Below are positions 8,964 through 19,285 of a stretch of 64,000 nt of DNA, piece after piece. The position numbers and the translations under genes were made by a program. Position 1 is the stretch's first letter. Each line of letters begins with the position of its first letter. Source of the stretch: Candidatus Aenigmatarchaeota archaeon (GTDB lineage Archaea; Aenigmatarchaeota; Aenigmatarchaeia; QMZP01; QMZT01); assembly GCA_041489155.1 (NCBI GenBank), contig JBGPQP010000003.1, positions 32,001 to 96,000 of the forward strand, written 5' to 3'. The notes beneath the pieces were generated by a model that worked only from the letters and a program-made list of their open reading frames with translations, ran no database searches and was not told the DNA's origin.

Positions 8964-11318
8964 TCACCAGTCGAAAGTCGATTTCCATGCCCCTTTCAGG
9001 CCGTCGATTTTTTCGTTCACGATTTCTTTCCCGCCGAGGCCGGTGACCATTAATTTCTTGTCGCCCGTCACCTCGCCGATTTTTGCGAATTTGCAGCCGG
9101 ACATGATCTTCTCGAAAGCCTTTTCCTCCGCTTTCTCGACTTCAACAATGAAACGTGAATTGCTCTCCGCGAAGAGAAGCTTGTAGTTCTTTTTGACGCC
9201 GTTTTGAGGGACGCTTCTTAGGTCGATGCTCATGCCCAGATCGCCTGCGAAGCACATCTCCGCGGCAGCGATTGCAAGCCCGCCCTCCGAGCAGTCGTGG
9301 CATGCGCGGACGAGACGCATGTCCATCGCCTTTGTCAGCGAAGCCATCGCTGTCCTTGCAGCCGGCAACTCGACTCCGGGTATCTCGCCGCCTTTCAGCG
9401 CCTTGATCATGTGGTAATGCGAACCGCCCATCTCGTCTTTCGTTTCGCCTATCAGATAAATTGGATTTCCCTCTTCCTTAAGATCCATCGTCACGGCTTT
9501 CCTCACGTCAGGCATTATCCCCACGGCGGTCACGACGAGGGTGTAGGGTATCGAAATGGTCTCCTTCCCGCCTATGCTGTATTCGTTGTAGAGGGAATCC
9601 TTGCCGGATATGAACGGCGCCTGGAAGCCCATCGATCCGTCGTAGCAAGCCTTCACTGCCTCGACCAGTGCGCCGAGCCTGTCAGCCTTCTCCGGGTTGC
9701 CCCAGGAGAAATTGTCGAGCAGCGCTATTCGCCGCCCGCCGCAGCAGACGTTGTTCCTGATGGCCTCGTCTATCGCGGAGAGCGCCATGTTGTAAGGGTT
9801 GCCAGAGAAGCGCGGATTGTAACCATTCGAAACGACGACTCCGTCCCATTTGCCGTAAACAGGCCTGAGCACGCAAGCGTCTCCAGGCCCGCCAAAGCCA
9901 TGCAGCGGCTTTATCGCCATCTTCGCCTGCACCTCGTGGTCATACTGGCGGATGATCCATTCCTTGCTGGCGACGGTCGGCGAGGCGAGTATCTTCTTCA
10001 GGGCATCACCGAAATTTTCCTCGTCCAGGATGTCGGAGTCTTTTCCCGAAACGAATTTTAATTCAGCCTTTCTGGAAACTTTCGGGATTCCATCATGCAG
10101 AAATTCCATCTCTATTTCAGCGATTTTTTCTCCTTCGAAAGTGAGCGTGAGTTTTTTGTCGCCCGTGAATTCTCCTATAACAGTCGCTTCGGTATTCTCG
10201 TTCCTGAAAATTTCCAGAACTTCGTTAACATTCGCTTCCGGTACAGCAAGCAACATCCTTTCCTGCGCCTCTGAAACCCAGATTTCCCATGGCTCGAGGC
10301 CCTCGTATTTCAGCGGGACTTTTTCAAGCCAGACTTTCACGCCGGTTTTCTTGCCCATTTCTCCCACCGCCGATGAAAGCCCGCCGCCGCCGCAGTCAGT
10401 CACTGCCGAATAAAGCGGCCTGCTGCCCTTGTCCCTCGCCCCTATCAGGCCGTCGAGAACGCGTTTCTCTTCGATTGCGTTGCCTATCTGCACTGCGCCG
10501 CTCGACGTCTTCTCCGACTCTGTGGACAGCTCTAGCGAGGCAAAGGTAACGCCGTGTATGCCGTCGCGGCCTGTTCTTCCTCCGGCAAGCACTATCTTAT
10601 CACCCGGTTTGGGATCGTGCACGTACCTGTCCTTTGGCATTATGCCAAGGCAGCCCGCGTATACCAGAGGATTGCCGATGTAGCCTTCATGAAAGCCGAA
10701 GCCGCCATTCGCCGTCGGAATGCCCATCCTGTTGCCGTAGTCGCGGATGCCTGCGACGACGCCTTTCATCAGGCGCTTCGGATGGAGAACGCCCTTCGGA
10801 AGTTTGCTGTGGGGATAGTCGGGCGGGGCGAAAAACAAAACGTCCGTCGAAAGTATCGGCTTCGCCCCCACGCCCATCACATCGCGGAATACGCCGCCAG
10901 ACCCGGTTCCTGCGCCGCCGTACGGGTCGAGTGCGCTCGGATGGTTGTGCGTCTCTACCTTGACGGCGATGTTGTGTTCGCCATCGAAGGTCACGATGCC
11001 CGCGTTGTCCTCGAAAACATGCACGCACCAAGGCAGCGCGAGTTCTTTAGTCGCCCTGATTATGTAGGATTTCAGGAGGCTTTCTATATTCTGCCCTTTG
11101 TATTCGATGCTCCCGCGGAAAGTCTTGTGCACGCAGTGCTCGGACCAGGTCTGCGCGAAGGTTTCGAGCTCCGCGTCGGTGGGGTTGCGTCCGAGTTTTG
11201 TGTAATAGTCCTGTATTTTTTTCATCTCTTCTGCGTTGAGCGCGAGCATGAACTTCCGCGAAATGCCTACAAGTTCCTTTTCATTCTTCCCAAGTATTAC
11301 GATTTCCCCAGCTTTCAT
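8964..11318 (-). CDS. purL: FGAM synthase subunit PurL
   Basis: WSEHCVHK, KVETHNHPS, GRDGIHG, DCGGGG, SEAQERM, QYDHEV, SGKDSLYN and HDCSEGG motifs. Confidence 0.97.
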   Translation of the reverse strand: MKAGEIVILGKNEKELVGISRKFMLALNAEEMKKIQDYYTKLGRNPTDAELETFAQTWSEHCVHKTFRGSIEYKGQNIESLLKSYIIRATKELALPWCVHVFEDNAGIVTFDGEHNIAVKVETHNHPSALDPYGGAGTGSGGVFRDVMGVGAKPILSTDVLFFAPPDYPHSKLPKGVLHPKRLMKGVVAGIRDYGNRMGIPTANGGFGFHEGYIGNPLVYAGCLGIMPKDRYVHDPKPGDKIVLAGGRTGRDGIHGVTFASLELSTESEKTSSGAVQIGNAIEEKRVLDGLIGARDKGSRPLYSAVTDCGGGGLSSAVGEMGKKTGVKVWLEKVPLKYEGLEPWEIWVSEAQERMLLAVPEANVNEVLEIFRNENTEATVIGEFTGDKKLTLTFEGEKIAEIEMEFLHDGIPKVSRKAELKFVSGKDSDILDEENFGDALKKILASPTVASKEWIIRQYDHEVQAKMAIKPLHGFGGPGDACVLRPVYGKWDGVVVSNGYNPRFSGNPYNMALSAIDEAIRNNVCCGGRRIALLDNFSWGNPEKADRLGALVEAVKACYDGSMGFQAPFISGKDSLYNEYSIGGKETISIPYTLVVTAVGIMPDVRKAVTMDLKEEGNPIYLIGETKDEMGGSHYHMIKALKGGEIPGVELPAARTAMASLTKAMDMRLVRACHDCSEGGLAIAAAEMCFAGDLGMSIDLRSVPQNGVKKNYKLLFAESNSRFIVEVEKAEEKAFEKIMSGCKFAKIGEVTGDKKLMVTGLGGKEIVNEKIDGLKGAWKSTFDW

Positions 11319-11319
11319 T

Positions 11320-11802
11320 TCACAGCCTCTTGTAATTGTAAGTCTGTATCAGCCTGTTAGCAAGGCATTTTTCGCATATGTTTTTGATTTCCTTTTCCGT
11401 CAGGCTGCCGCTTATAACGTAAGTAGTTCCGGTCCTGACTTTCGCTCCATTTATGCCCATGACTTCTATCGCCTTCGCCACCGAAAGGCCGACGACATCC
11501 ATGACGCCCGGCCTGAAAAACACTTCCACAACCCAGACGCCCCGCTTTTTTACGAGATTTTTCAGGTGTTTGCCGTCGAAGGCTGAGAAATTGAAATACT
11601 GTATTATGCTGTCCGCGAGAAGTTCCCTGCCTGCTTTTTCGATGTCTTCTCTGTTCACATCGCCTTCTATCACGTAAGTCTGCAGCGTTTTTACTTCGCT
11701 GACCTTGGAAATTCCAAGGCCGATGATGTCGGCTTTCGTGTTCTCCCCAAGCGGATCCCTGTAACCGTCCTTGTAGCCCACTCCAGCAACCCACATAAGC
11801 AT
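11320..11802 (-). CDS. purS: FGAM synthase PurS, tandem double-domain form
   Basis: Two PurS-like repeats (RDPLG...LLADSIIQ and PGVMDVVG...CLANRLIQ), directly upstream of purL. Confidence 0.85.
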   Translation of the reverse strand: MLMWVAGVGYKDGYRDPLGENTKADIIGLGISKVSEVKTLQTYVIEGDVNREDIEKAGRELLADSIIQYFNFSAFDGKHLKNLVKKRGVWVVEVFFRPGVMDVVGLSVAKAIEVMGINGAKVRTGTTYVISGSLTEKEIKNICEKCLANRLIQTYNYKRL

Positions 11803-11936
11803 CAATACATTAACTATGCCCGACTGTTATAAAAATCTGAGTTTTCCGCTGCATGTCAGCGGTTTTTTCAGAAAATAGTTCGGGTTCCGTACGATAAAAT
11901 TATAAAGCCTTCCGACACCATAATATTCTAATAATT

Positions 11937-12515
11937 ATGTCCGGCTTCATGAAGCACATACTGAGAAGGGAGATGCTTTCCCAGAGAAACAAGCAGAAAG
12001 GAGAGGTGAAACTGGAAAAGGACGCCATGATAAAAGAGAAACTCCTCTCGCTTAACGAATACAAGAAATCAAAGATAATCCTTTTCTATGTGTCTATAAG
12101 GGGCGAAGTCAAAACCGAAGACATGCTGTCCCAGGCCCTCAGGGAAGGCAAAAGGGTTCTGGTTCCGTTCGTTAACGTGAAGAAAAAACTGATGTTGATT
12201 TCAGAGATACACGACCTTAACGAGCTTTCGCCGGGAGCGTTTGGCATACCTGTCCCCACGCATCCCAAGAAATTCCCCCTTGACAAGATAGACCTTATGG
12301 TAGTCCCCGGCATAGCCTTTGACAGGAAGGGCAACAGGGTCGGCTACGGGACGGGCTTCTACGACAGATTCCTCAAGAGGCTCAAGAGGAATGTGCCCGT
12401 CATCGCGCTGGCTTACGACTTCCAGATAGTCCCGAAGATAATGCCCGACAAATACGACGTCAGGATCCACAAGATAGTCACCGAGAACGAAGTCATCAGC
12501 TGCAGGAAAAGGTAA
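11937..12515 (+). CDS. 5-formyltetrahydrofolate cyclo-ligase
   Basis: LFYVSIRGEV, VVPGIAFDRKGNRVGYGTGFYDR and IVTE motifs. Confidence 0.93.
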   Translation: MSGFMKHILRREMLSQRNKQKGEVKLEKDAMIKEKLLSLNEYKKSKIILFYVSIRGEVKTEDMLSQALREGKRVLVPFVNVKKKLMLISEIHDLNELSPGAFGIPVPTHPKKFPLDKIDLMVVPGIAFDRKGNRVGYGTGFYDRFLKRLKRNVPVIALAYDFQIVPKIMPDKYDVRIHKIVTENEVISCRKR

Positions 12516-12518
12516 CTT

Positions 12519-13823
12519 CTATTTTTTCAGGTCAACGTTTTCATTGAACTCGCGACCCATTCTTGCTTTCTTCCTGAACCATATCTCTCTCGCTTCCGCG
12601 ACCGTGAAGAGCGAGCCGGTGACAAGAATCAGATCGTTTTTTCCCGCAAGCTGCATCGCCTTCCTCACAGCGTCCTTCACGTCGTAGATAACGAGAAAGT
12701 CCTTGCCTTGTTTTTTCACTTCCTTCGCAAGTTCGCAGGGATCCGCTCCTCTCCCCAGCACCTTGTGCTTCGTGAGAATGAAAAAGTCTGTCTTTCTGCC
12801 CGTCTCATGAAGCATTTTTGGTATGAGCTTGTCTTCTGACGCGCTGAAGACTGTGTAAAGTTTCCTGTATTTTATCAGGTCGAGCGAGTTCATAAGATGT
12901 CTCATGGAATCGGAATCCTTCGCCCCGTCGAGCAGGATTTTCTTTCCCCTTCCAACCATTTCGAACCTTCCCGGCCATTTCACTTTTTCAAGACCTTTCT
13001 TTATCGCTTCATTTGGAATCTCTTCTTTCATCGAATTCAAAGCGGTAAGAGCGCAGGCGATATTCTTCAGCTGGTATGTGCCTGCAAGGGGAACGAAGAT
13101 TTTCATGCCCCTGAATTTAATCTCGTTGCCGCGCAGAAATGATTTCGCGCCTCTAAGCCTTTTCGCGCGCACGAATTTCGCTTTCCTGTCCTTGCATATT
13201 TTCCTGAGGACGGCGATGGCGTCGGGATTCTCGGCTCCGGTGACCAGAACTCCTCCTTCGTTCAATATGCCTGCTTTCTCCCTCGTTATTTTTTCCACAG
13301 TGTCACCGAGTATCCTGATGTGCTCCAAAGAGACGTTAGTTATTATTGAAACCTCCGGCTTGACTGTGTTCGTCGCATCCAGCCTTCCGCCGAGCCCTAC
13401 CTCAAGGACGGCGATGTCGATTTTTTTCTCCCTGAAATATTCGAACGCCATCGCTGTCACGAATTCGAAGAAAGTCGGGCATTCAAAATCCCTGCTCACA
13501 TCGTCTGCGAAGGGTTTGATTTTTTCAACGAGCCTTATGAAATCGCTTTCCGGAATCATCTGCCTGTTAACCTTGATACGTTCCCTGAAATCGAAAAGGT
13601 GAGGTTTTGTGAAAACGCCCGTCCTGTAACCCGCTTCCTTCAGAACCGAGCCTATCATTACAGTCGTAGAGCCCTTGCCACTCGTCCCGCCGACAAGGAC
13701 TGAGCGGAAGCTGTCCTGCGGGTTGCCGAGGAGTTCTAGAAGTTTTTGTATTCGCTCCAGGCCAAGCTTTATGCCGAACCTGTTCAGTTTCTGGATGTAG
13801 TCGGTCGCCTCTATATAATTCAT
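12519..13823 (-). CDS. folC: Folylpolyglutamate synthase / dihydrofolate synthase
   Basis: GTSGKGS, FRERI, PTFFE, LEVGLGGRLDATN, WPGRFE, LLDGA and TGSLF motifs. Confidence 0.93.
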   Translation of the reverse strand: MNYIEATDYIQKLNRFGIKLGLERIQKLLELLGNPQDSFRSVLVGGTSGKGSTTVMIGSVLKEAGYRTGVFTKPHLFDFRERIKVNRQMIPESDFIRLVEKIKPFADDVSRDFECPTFFEFVTAMAFEYFREKKIDIAVLEVGLGGRLDATNTVKPEVSIITNVSLEHIRILGDTVEKITREKAGILNEGGVLVTGAENPDAIAVLRKICKDRKAKFVRAKRLRGAKSFLRGNEIKFRGMKIFVPLAGTYQLKNIACALTALNSMKEEIPNEAIKKGLEKVKWPGRFEMVGRGKKILLDGAKDSDSMRHLMNSLDLIKYRKLYTVFSASEDKLIPKMLHETGRKTDFFILTKHKVLGRGADPCELAKEVKKQGKDFLVIYDVKDAVRKAMQLAGKNDLILVTGSLFTVAEAREIWFRKKARMGREFNENVDLKK

Positions 13824-13848
13824 AAAAGAAATAATTGCTCTCCGCTTT

Positions 13849-15411
13849 TTAATGCTTGAACATGCGCCTGCCGGTGAAGATCATCGCAACGCCTGCGCTG
13901 TTGCATGCCTCTATAACTTCCTTATCCTTGACTGAGCCGCCCGGTTGGATTATGAAGCGAAGCCCGTTTTTTGCTGCTTCCTCTATCGAGTCCGGAAACG
14001 GGAAAAACGAATCGCTGGCAAGGACGCATTTCGAAATTTCGCTTTCGCTTAGTTTCATGCTACTCAGGTTTTCTTTCGCCTTTTCCACCGCTATTTTCAA
14101 CGAAGTCACGCGGTTAGGCTGGCCCGCGCCCATACCGATTATGTGATACAAGCCGTGCCTGTATTCGCGCGCAATCACGACTGCGTTCGACTTCGTGTGC
14201 TTGCATGCGAGGCAGGCGAAGAGCGCGATATCCTTTTTGGCGTCTGGGAACCCGCTTTTCGTCACGGTCTTGAACTCGCTTTTACCCGCGTAGCCGATGT
14301 CGCTTTCCTGTTCGAGGACCGCTGCCTTCAGGAACCTGTAATTTTTCCCGCTCTGGGAGAAATCTCCGAGTTCGATGAGCCTCAGGTTCTTTTTTGCGTC
14401 CAGAATCTTGATGGCGTCGGCATCAAATTCCGGCGCGATTATTACCTCGACAAATTTGTCCTTGAGGAATTCTGCCGCATCCTTGTCGACCGGTTTCGTA
14501 ACGGCGACCACGCCTCCGAACGCTGATATGGGGTCGCCTTTCCAGGCGTTTTCCAGTGCCTCCCTCGCGTTCTCGCCGGTGGCGTAACCGCACGGGTTGG
14601 TGTGTTTTATTATGGCGGCGCCTGTTCCGTCCATGAGATCTCCTGCAGCGTCGACCGCGCTCTGGGCGTCAAGGTAATTGTTGTAAGACATCTCCTTGCC
14701 CTGGAGCTGTTTGGCGCTGGCTAGCGAGATTCCCTTGCCCGCGAAAATCTTAGCCTTCTGATGCCAGTTCTCTCCGTATCGCAGCGGCCTGCCGCCCGTG
14801 AATTTCAGGCGCAGGACTTCTTCGCTTGCGAATTTCCTCGAAAGGAAGCTCTCTATGTCGCCGTCGTAATCTGCTGTCATGCTGAAAGCTTTCAGTGAAA
14901 GAAGCTCTCTCGTTTTCAGGTCGACGTCCTTCCTTCCGTTCAGCTGCTTCACTATCATTTCATAATCATTAGGATCGGTCACGACCACCACGTCCCTGTA
15001 ATTCTTCGCCGACGAGCGAATTAGGGCAGGGCCACCTATGTCGATATTCTCGATGATTTCCTCGAAAGACGCGCCGGCTTCAGCAGTCTTCCTGAACTGG
15101 TAAAGATTCACAACGACCATGTCTATAGGCGATATGCCATGCGCCTTCGCCTGCTCCATGTGCCTACTGTCATCTCTGCGTGCGAGAATGCCGCCGTGGA
15201 CTTTCGGATGCAGCGTCTTTACGCGGCCATCCATCATCTCGGGGAAGCCAGTGTGCTCCTCGATGAGTTTGACTTTGACTCCGTTCTCTTTCAGAATTTT
15301 CGCAGTGCCGCCGGTCGAAATTATCTCAACGCCGAACTTCTCAAGGGCCTTCGCGAAATCGACTATGCCCGTCTTGTCGGTTACAGAAATCAAGGCGCGC
15401 CTGATTCTCAT
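13849..15411 (-). CDS. purH: Bifunctional AICAR transformylase / IMP cyclohydrolase
   Basis: ALISVTDK, STGGT, GRVKTLHP, IDIGGP, LRYGEN, SYNN, KHTNPCG, SDSFFPF and QPGGS motifs. Confidence 0.96.
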   Translation of the reverse strand: MRIRRALISVTDKTGIVDFAKALEKFGVEIISTGGTAKILKENGVKVKLIEEHTGFPEMMDGRVKTLHPKVHGGILARRDDSRHMEQAKAHGISPIDMVVVNLYQFRKTAEAGASFEEIIENIDIGGPALIRSSAKNYRDVVVVTDPNDYEMIVKQLNGRKDVDLKTRELLSLKAFSMTADYDGDIESFLSRKFASEEVLRLKFTGGRPLRYGENWHQKAKIFAGKGISLASAKQLQGKEMSYNNYLDAQSAVDAAGDLMDGTGAAIIKHTNPCGYATGENAREALENAWKGDPISAFGGVVAVTKPVDKDAAEFLKDKFVEVIIAPEFDADAIKILDAKKNLRLIELGDFSQSGKNYRFLKAAVLEQESDIGYAGKSEFKTVTKSGFPDAKKDIALFACLACKHTKSNAVVIAREYRHGLYHIIGMGAGQPNRVTSLKIAVEKAKENLSSMKLSESEISKCVLASDSFFPFPDSIEEAAKNGLRFIIQPGGSVKDKEVIEACNSAGVAMIFTGRRMFKH

Positions 15412-16022
15412 GTGAGTACCCTCACCTTGTTGCCCTCTACCTTGAGCTTGCCGGAAGAGAAAAGCTTTATTGCTTCAAGAATTACATCCTGCTCTGCCTT
15501 CTGCACTTTCGCTTTCAGCGTTTCGGCTGTCTCGTTTTCGTCGACAGCGACTGGCCTCTGCATTATTATCGGTCCCCTGTCCACGTCCGGCGTGACGAAG
15601 TGCAGCGTGCAGCCTGTGACCTTCAGGCCCAAGTTGAGCACTTCCTCATGGACGTTTATGTCCCTGCCGCCTGAAAACAAAGGCAGCAGCGACGGGTGGA
15701 TATTCATTATTTTGTTATCGTAATGCTTGCAGAACCACGGCGAAAGGACTTTCATGAAGCCTATGAGCAGAATAAGGTCAACGCCTCTCTTGTCGAGTTC
15801 GTGCGCAGCAGCCTTGTCGAACAGCACCTGCTTGCCTCCCTCGTACTCGAGGAATATCGCGTCAATGCCGTGCGATCTCGCCCTTTCAAGAATCGGCGCG
15901 TCCTCCTTGTTCGAGACGACGCAGACAATCTGCGCGTCCAACTGCCTCTTTTCGATCGCGTCTATAATCGCCTGCATGTCCGTTCCTTTTGTCGAACCCA
16001 GTACGCCAAGTTTTATCGTCAT
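15408..16022 (-). CDS. purN: Phosphoribosylglycinamide formyltransferase
   Basis: GSTKGTD, NIHPSLLP, GCTLHFV and DRGPII motifs; ATG at 16022 chosen as start. Confidence 0.94.
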   Translation of the reverse strand: MTIKLGVLGSTKGTDMQAIIDAIEKRQLDAQIVCVVSNKEDAPILERARSHGIDAIFLEYEGGKQVLFDKAAAHELDKRGVDLILLIGFMKVLSPWFCKHYDNKIMNIHPSLLPLFSGGRDINVHEEVLNLGLKVTGCTLHFVTPDVDRGPIIMQRPVAVDENETAETLKAKVQKAEQDVILEAIKLFSSGKLKVEGNKVRVLT

Positions 16023-16111
16023 CACACACCACCCACCTACCAAATTAGTATGATATATAATCCAAATTGTTTTTGTCTTTTAAAAATTAAATTCTATAAA
16101 ATCCTGAGAAA

Positions 16112-16336
16112 TTATAACTGTACCTTTAGCCCAGCTTGTCTATTGTTCATCTTTTCAATGATAGCTTTAATAGCAGGTTCATATGAGCCCGAGATAGTGA
16201 GTGTGGCTTCTCGTTCGTCAATCCCCATGTATGGCGGACAACAATTCCTTCTTAAGTAATTTGACTTGATCATATCTCTTGCGACGTATAATTGGCCTAT
16301 GTACCTTTTTGAGTTGACAGCGAGCTTAAAACTCAT
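16112..16336 (-). CDS. Small hypothetical protein (AT-rich insert)
   Basis: 74-aa ORF with AT-rich codons and TTTAAATA upstream; no recognised motif. Confidence 0.5.
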   Translation of the reverse strand: MSFKLAVNSKRYIGQLYVARDMIKSNYLRRNCCPPYMGIDEREATLTISGSYEPAIKAIIEKMNNRQAGLKVQL

Positions 16337-16378
16337 CTTAACTTAAAGGTAGTTAAATTATTTAAATATTGCGTACAG

Positions 16379-17230
16379 CTATTTCTGGAGCATTCTCTCC
16401 GCAGAAATGACGGTGTTCTCGAGGACCATCGCGACCGTGAGAGGGCCGACGCCGCCGGGTACGGGCGTGATGTAAGAGGCGACGTTCCTAACGCGGTCGA
16501 AATCTACGTCGCCGAGTATCCTGCTGCCCATGCGGTTCGTCCCCACGTCGATGACTACCGCGTCCTTCTTGACCATATCAGCCGTGACGAAATTCGCCTT
16601 ACCCACCGCAGCGAAAAGAATGTCCGCATTTTTCGTGTGGCTTTTCAAATCGCTTGTCTTCGAGTGGCACATCGTCGCTGTGGCGTTCCTTTTTATGAGC
16701 ATGAACAGCAACGGCTTGCCCACGATGTTGCTCCTGCCGATGACGACGGCGTTCTTTCCCTCGATGGGAATGCGTTCATGTTCGAGCATCTTCATTATAC
16801 CCTTCGGCGTGCAAGGCTCGAATGTTTCGTCGCCTGCCATGAGCCTGCCGAGGCTGCAGGTGGTCAGGCCGTCAACATCTTTCGTGATTGTTATGGTATC
16901 GAGGATTTTCTGCTCGTCCATCTGCGAGGGCAGCGGAAGCTGCACGAGTATGCCGTGGACATACCTGTCTGCGTTGAGTTTTTCTATGAGCCTTATCACG
17001 TCCTCCTGCTTCGCATTTCTGCCGAACATGTGGAGTTCGGCTTTCATCCCGGTCTCTTCCGAAGCCTTCATTTTTGCCTTTACGTAAATTTCCGAAGCGG
17101 CGTTGTCGCCGACAAGAAGTATGTCAAGTTTCGGCGTTATGCCTTTCTTTTTCAGAGTATTGATGCGGCTCCTGAGTTGGCCGAGAATTTCAGCTGAAAT
17201 CTTCCTGCCATCAAGAATTTTCGCTGCCAT
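16379..17230 (-). CDS. folD: Methylene-THF dehydrogenase / cyclohydrolase
   Basis: GILVQLPLP, KDVDG, PCTP, GRSNIVGKP and TPVPGGVGP motifs. Confidence 0.97.
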   Translation of the reverse strand: MAAKILDGRKISAEILGQLRSRINTLKKKGITPKLDILLVGDNAASEIYVKAKMKASEETGMKAELHMFGRNAKQEDVIRLIEKLNADRYVHGILVQLPLPSQMDEQKILDTITITKDVDGLTTCSLGRLMAGDETFEPCTPKGIMKMLEHERIPIEGKNAVVIGRSNIVGKPLLFMLIKRNATATMCHSKTSDLKSHTKNADILFAAVGKANFVTADMVKKDAVVIDVGTNRMGSRILGDVDFDRVRNVASYITPVPGGVGPLTVAMVLENTVISAERMLQK

Positions 17231-18537
17231 TATTTCGACCTTATCGCTTCCATGTGCCTTATGCGTTTCTCGATGAGCGCTCTGGTGCCTATGTCGGGCC
17301 TGTGGAACACGTTCCCCTTCACGGACCTTATTGCTTCTTCTGCAATCCTCTCAGCCTGCCAGAAATCGCTGGAAATGCCGACGAAAGCGATTGCCCTCGA
17401 GCCGCTCATGTAAAGCCCGTCAGGTTTCTGGTCAACTGACGCGAAGTACATCCTGGCGGCAGTCGAAGACGGGACTTCTACCTTCTCCCCCCTGACGGGG
17501 TTGTCCGGATAGCCTTTCGGTACCACGTATTTGCAGACAGTCGCTTTTTTATCGAACATCGCTCCGGTTTTCGAAAGGTTGTTTATGACGCCGTAACACA
17601 GGTCTATGAAGTCGCTTGTGAGTATCGGAAGCACGTTCATCGTTTCCGGGTCGCCGAGCCTCGCGTTGTATTCGAGAAGCTTGATGCCGTCTTTCGTTAC
17701 CATGAAGCCTCCGTACATGACCCCCCTGTAAAGCGTTCCGGTCTCTTTCAGTATCGCTTTCGCCACCAGTTCGGTTATCCTGTGGGCCTCTTCTATCTCG
17801 CTTTTAGTGATGAAAGGTAGCAGATGGTCGGAGCAGGAATACGAGCCCATGCCGCCGGTGTTCGGTCCCTCGTCGTTGACGTACGCGCGCTTGTGATCTT
17901 GGGCAGGCGGGCTGTCGAGCACGAAGCGTCCGTCCGTGAAGCTCTGCAGAGAGAACTCCTCGCCCTCCAGCTTCTCTTCCACTATCACCGAGGCATGCTG
18001 TTTCAAAACCTCTTCCGCATACCTCAGGGCGTCATTAACGTCCTTCAGGTGTTCGCCGTGCACCATCACTCCCTTGCCACCCGTGAGGCCGTCGGGTTTC
18101 ACGACGAATGAATCGAGCGACTGCAAAAACTCTTTAATGCCATCCATGCTGGTGAAGGCCCTGAACTCCGGCAGGCCCGGAACCCTGTGCTTTTCCATGA
18201 GCAAACGAGCGAAAGATTTCGAGGTCTCGAGTCTCGCCAAGTCCTTCGTCGGGCCGACCGAAGGGATGCCGATCTTCGCCAGCGCGTCCACCACGCCGTA
18301 GTCAAGCGGCGCCTCAGGGCCGACGACGCAGAAATCCGCGGCAACATGCCTTGCGAAACTGGTTATCCTTTCAAGGTCCTTGTAATCGCCCTGCTCGCAT
18401 TTCTGCGACAGCGAGCGGATCCCCGGGTTGTTTGATTTCATGTAGGAAAAAAGCTCGTGATGCTGCGGAGAATTGCGTATCGCCTCGGCGATCGAGTGTT
18501 CCCGGGCGCCGTTGCCGACGAGCAGCACTTTAATCAT
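17230..18537 (-). CDS. purD: Phosphoribosylamine-glycine ligase
   Basis: GNGAREH, VGPEAPL, LETSK, GKGV, QDHKR, GPNTGGMG and EYNARLGDPE motifs. Confidence 0.97.
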   Translation of the reverse strand: MIKVLLVGNGAREHSIAEAIRNSPQHHELFSYMKSNNPGIRSLSQKCEQGDYKDLERITSFARHVAADFCVVGPEAPLDYGVVDALAKIGIPSVGPTKDLARLETSKSFARLLMEKHRVPGLPEFRAFTSMDGIKEFLQSLDSFVVKPDGLTGGKGVMVHGEHLKDVNDALRYAEEVLKQHASVIVEEKLEGEEFSLQSFTDGRFVLDSPPAQDHKRAYVNDEGPNTGGMGSYSCSDHLLPFITKSEIEEAHRITELVAKAILKETGTLYRGVMYGGFMVTKDGIKLLEYNARLGDPETMNVLPILTSDFIDLCYGVINNLSKTGAMFDKKATVCKYVVPKGYPDNPVRGEKVEVPSSTAARMYFASVDQKPDGLYMSGSRAIAFVGISSDFWQAERIAEEAIRSVKGNVFHRPDIGTRALIEKRIRHMEAIRSK

Positions 18538-18589
18538 ACCAAGATATTCGATTACTGGTTTTTAAAAATAATGCAGACAGATTGTTAGT

Positions 18590-19243
18590 ATGGAACGCGA
18601 CAGAGGCAACATCGAGCCGAAGAAAATCCAGGAGTTCGCCGACCTACGCGGCAAGGAAGTCCTTGAGATCGGCTGCGGAGACGGGCGCATTTCGCGGTTT
18701 CTCGCGAAGGCCGCGAAAAGGCTGACCGCGATAGACCCTGATGCAAAGGCGATAGAGAAAGCGAAACTCAAAACCGCTGACGCGGATTTCAGGGTCGGCT
18801 CAGGTGAGAGCTTGGAATTCGGGAACGAGGCTTTCGATATCGTCGTCTTCACCCTCTCTCTCCATCACCAGGACGCAGCTAAGGCGGTGGCAGAAGCGCG
18901 CAGGGTTTTGAGGAAAAACGGCCAGTTGCTAATCATCGAGCCTGCACATGACGGCGAGGTTCAGAAACTTTTCAATCTGCTGCGGAGTGAGAGGCACGAT
19001 CTTAAAAACGCGCTCGAAACGATAAGAAAAAGCGCCTTCTTTCCCGAAAGGGAAGAGACGTTTTTCACCACGTGGTCCTTCGCTGACAGGGAGGAATTGT
19101 ACCAGCGCTATTTCGAGCATTACGGCGCGCCGAGGGATGAAAGGATAATCTACGAGATAAACAGCTTCCTCGGCGCGAAGATAAACGAGAAGCCCATCAT
19201 CCTCAGCGACAAGCTGCTGATTTTTTCCCTGCGGAAGAAATGA
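18590..19243 (+). CDS. Class I SAM-dependent methyltransferase
   Basis: VLEIGCGDG motif I, FDIV, SLHH and RVLRKNG. Confidence 0.88.
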   Translation: MERDRGNIEPKKIQEFADLRGKEVLEIGCGDGRISRFLAKAAKRLTAIDPDAKAIEKAKLKTADADFRVGSGESLEFGNEAFDIVVFTLSLHHQDAAKAVAEARRVLRKNGQLLIIEPAHDGEVQKLFNLLRSERHDLKNALETIRKSAFFPEREETFFTTWSFADREELYQRYFEHYGAPRDERIIYEINSFLGAKINEKPIILSDKLLIFSLRKK

Positions 19244-19285
19244 ATCGGTTTTCATTTTATATGCTCATTTTCATAATTTTTCTTT

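Noticed and set aside
15408..16110. ZTP or purine riboswitch upstream of purN-purH
   Set aside because: The upstream region is short and AT-rich, with no recognisable aptamer consensus.
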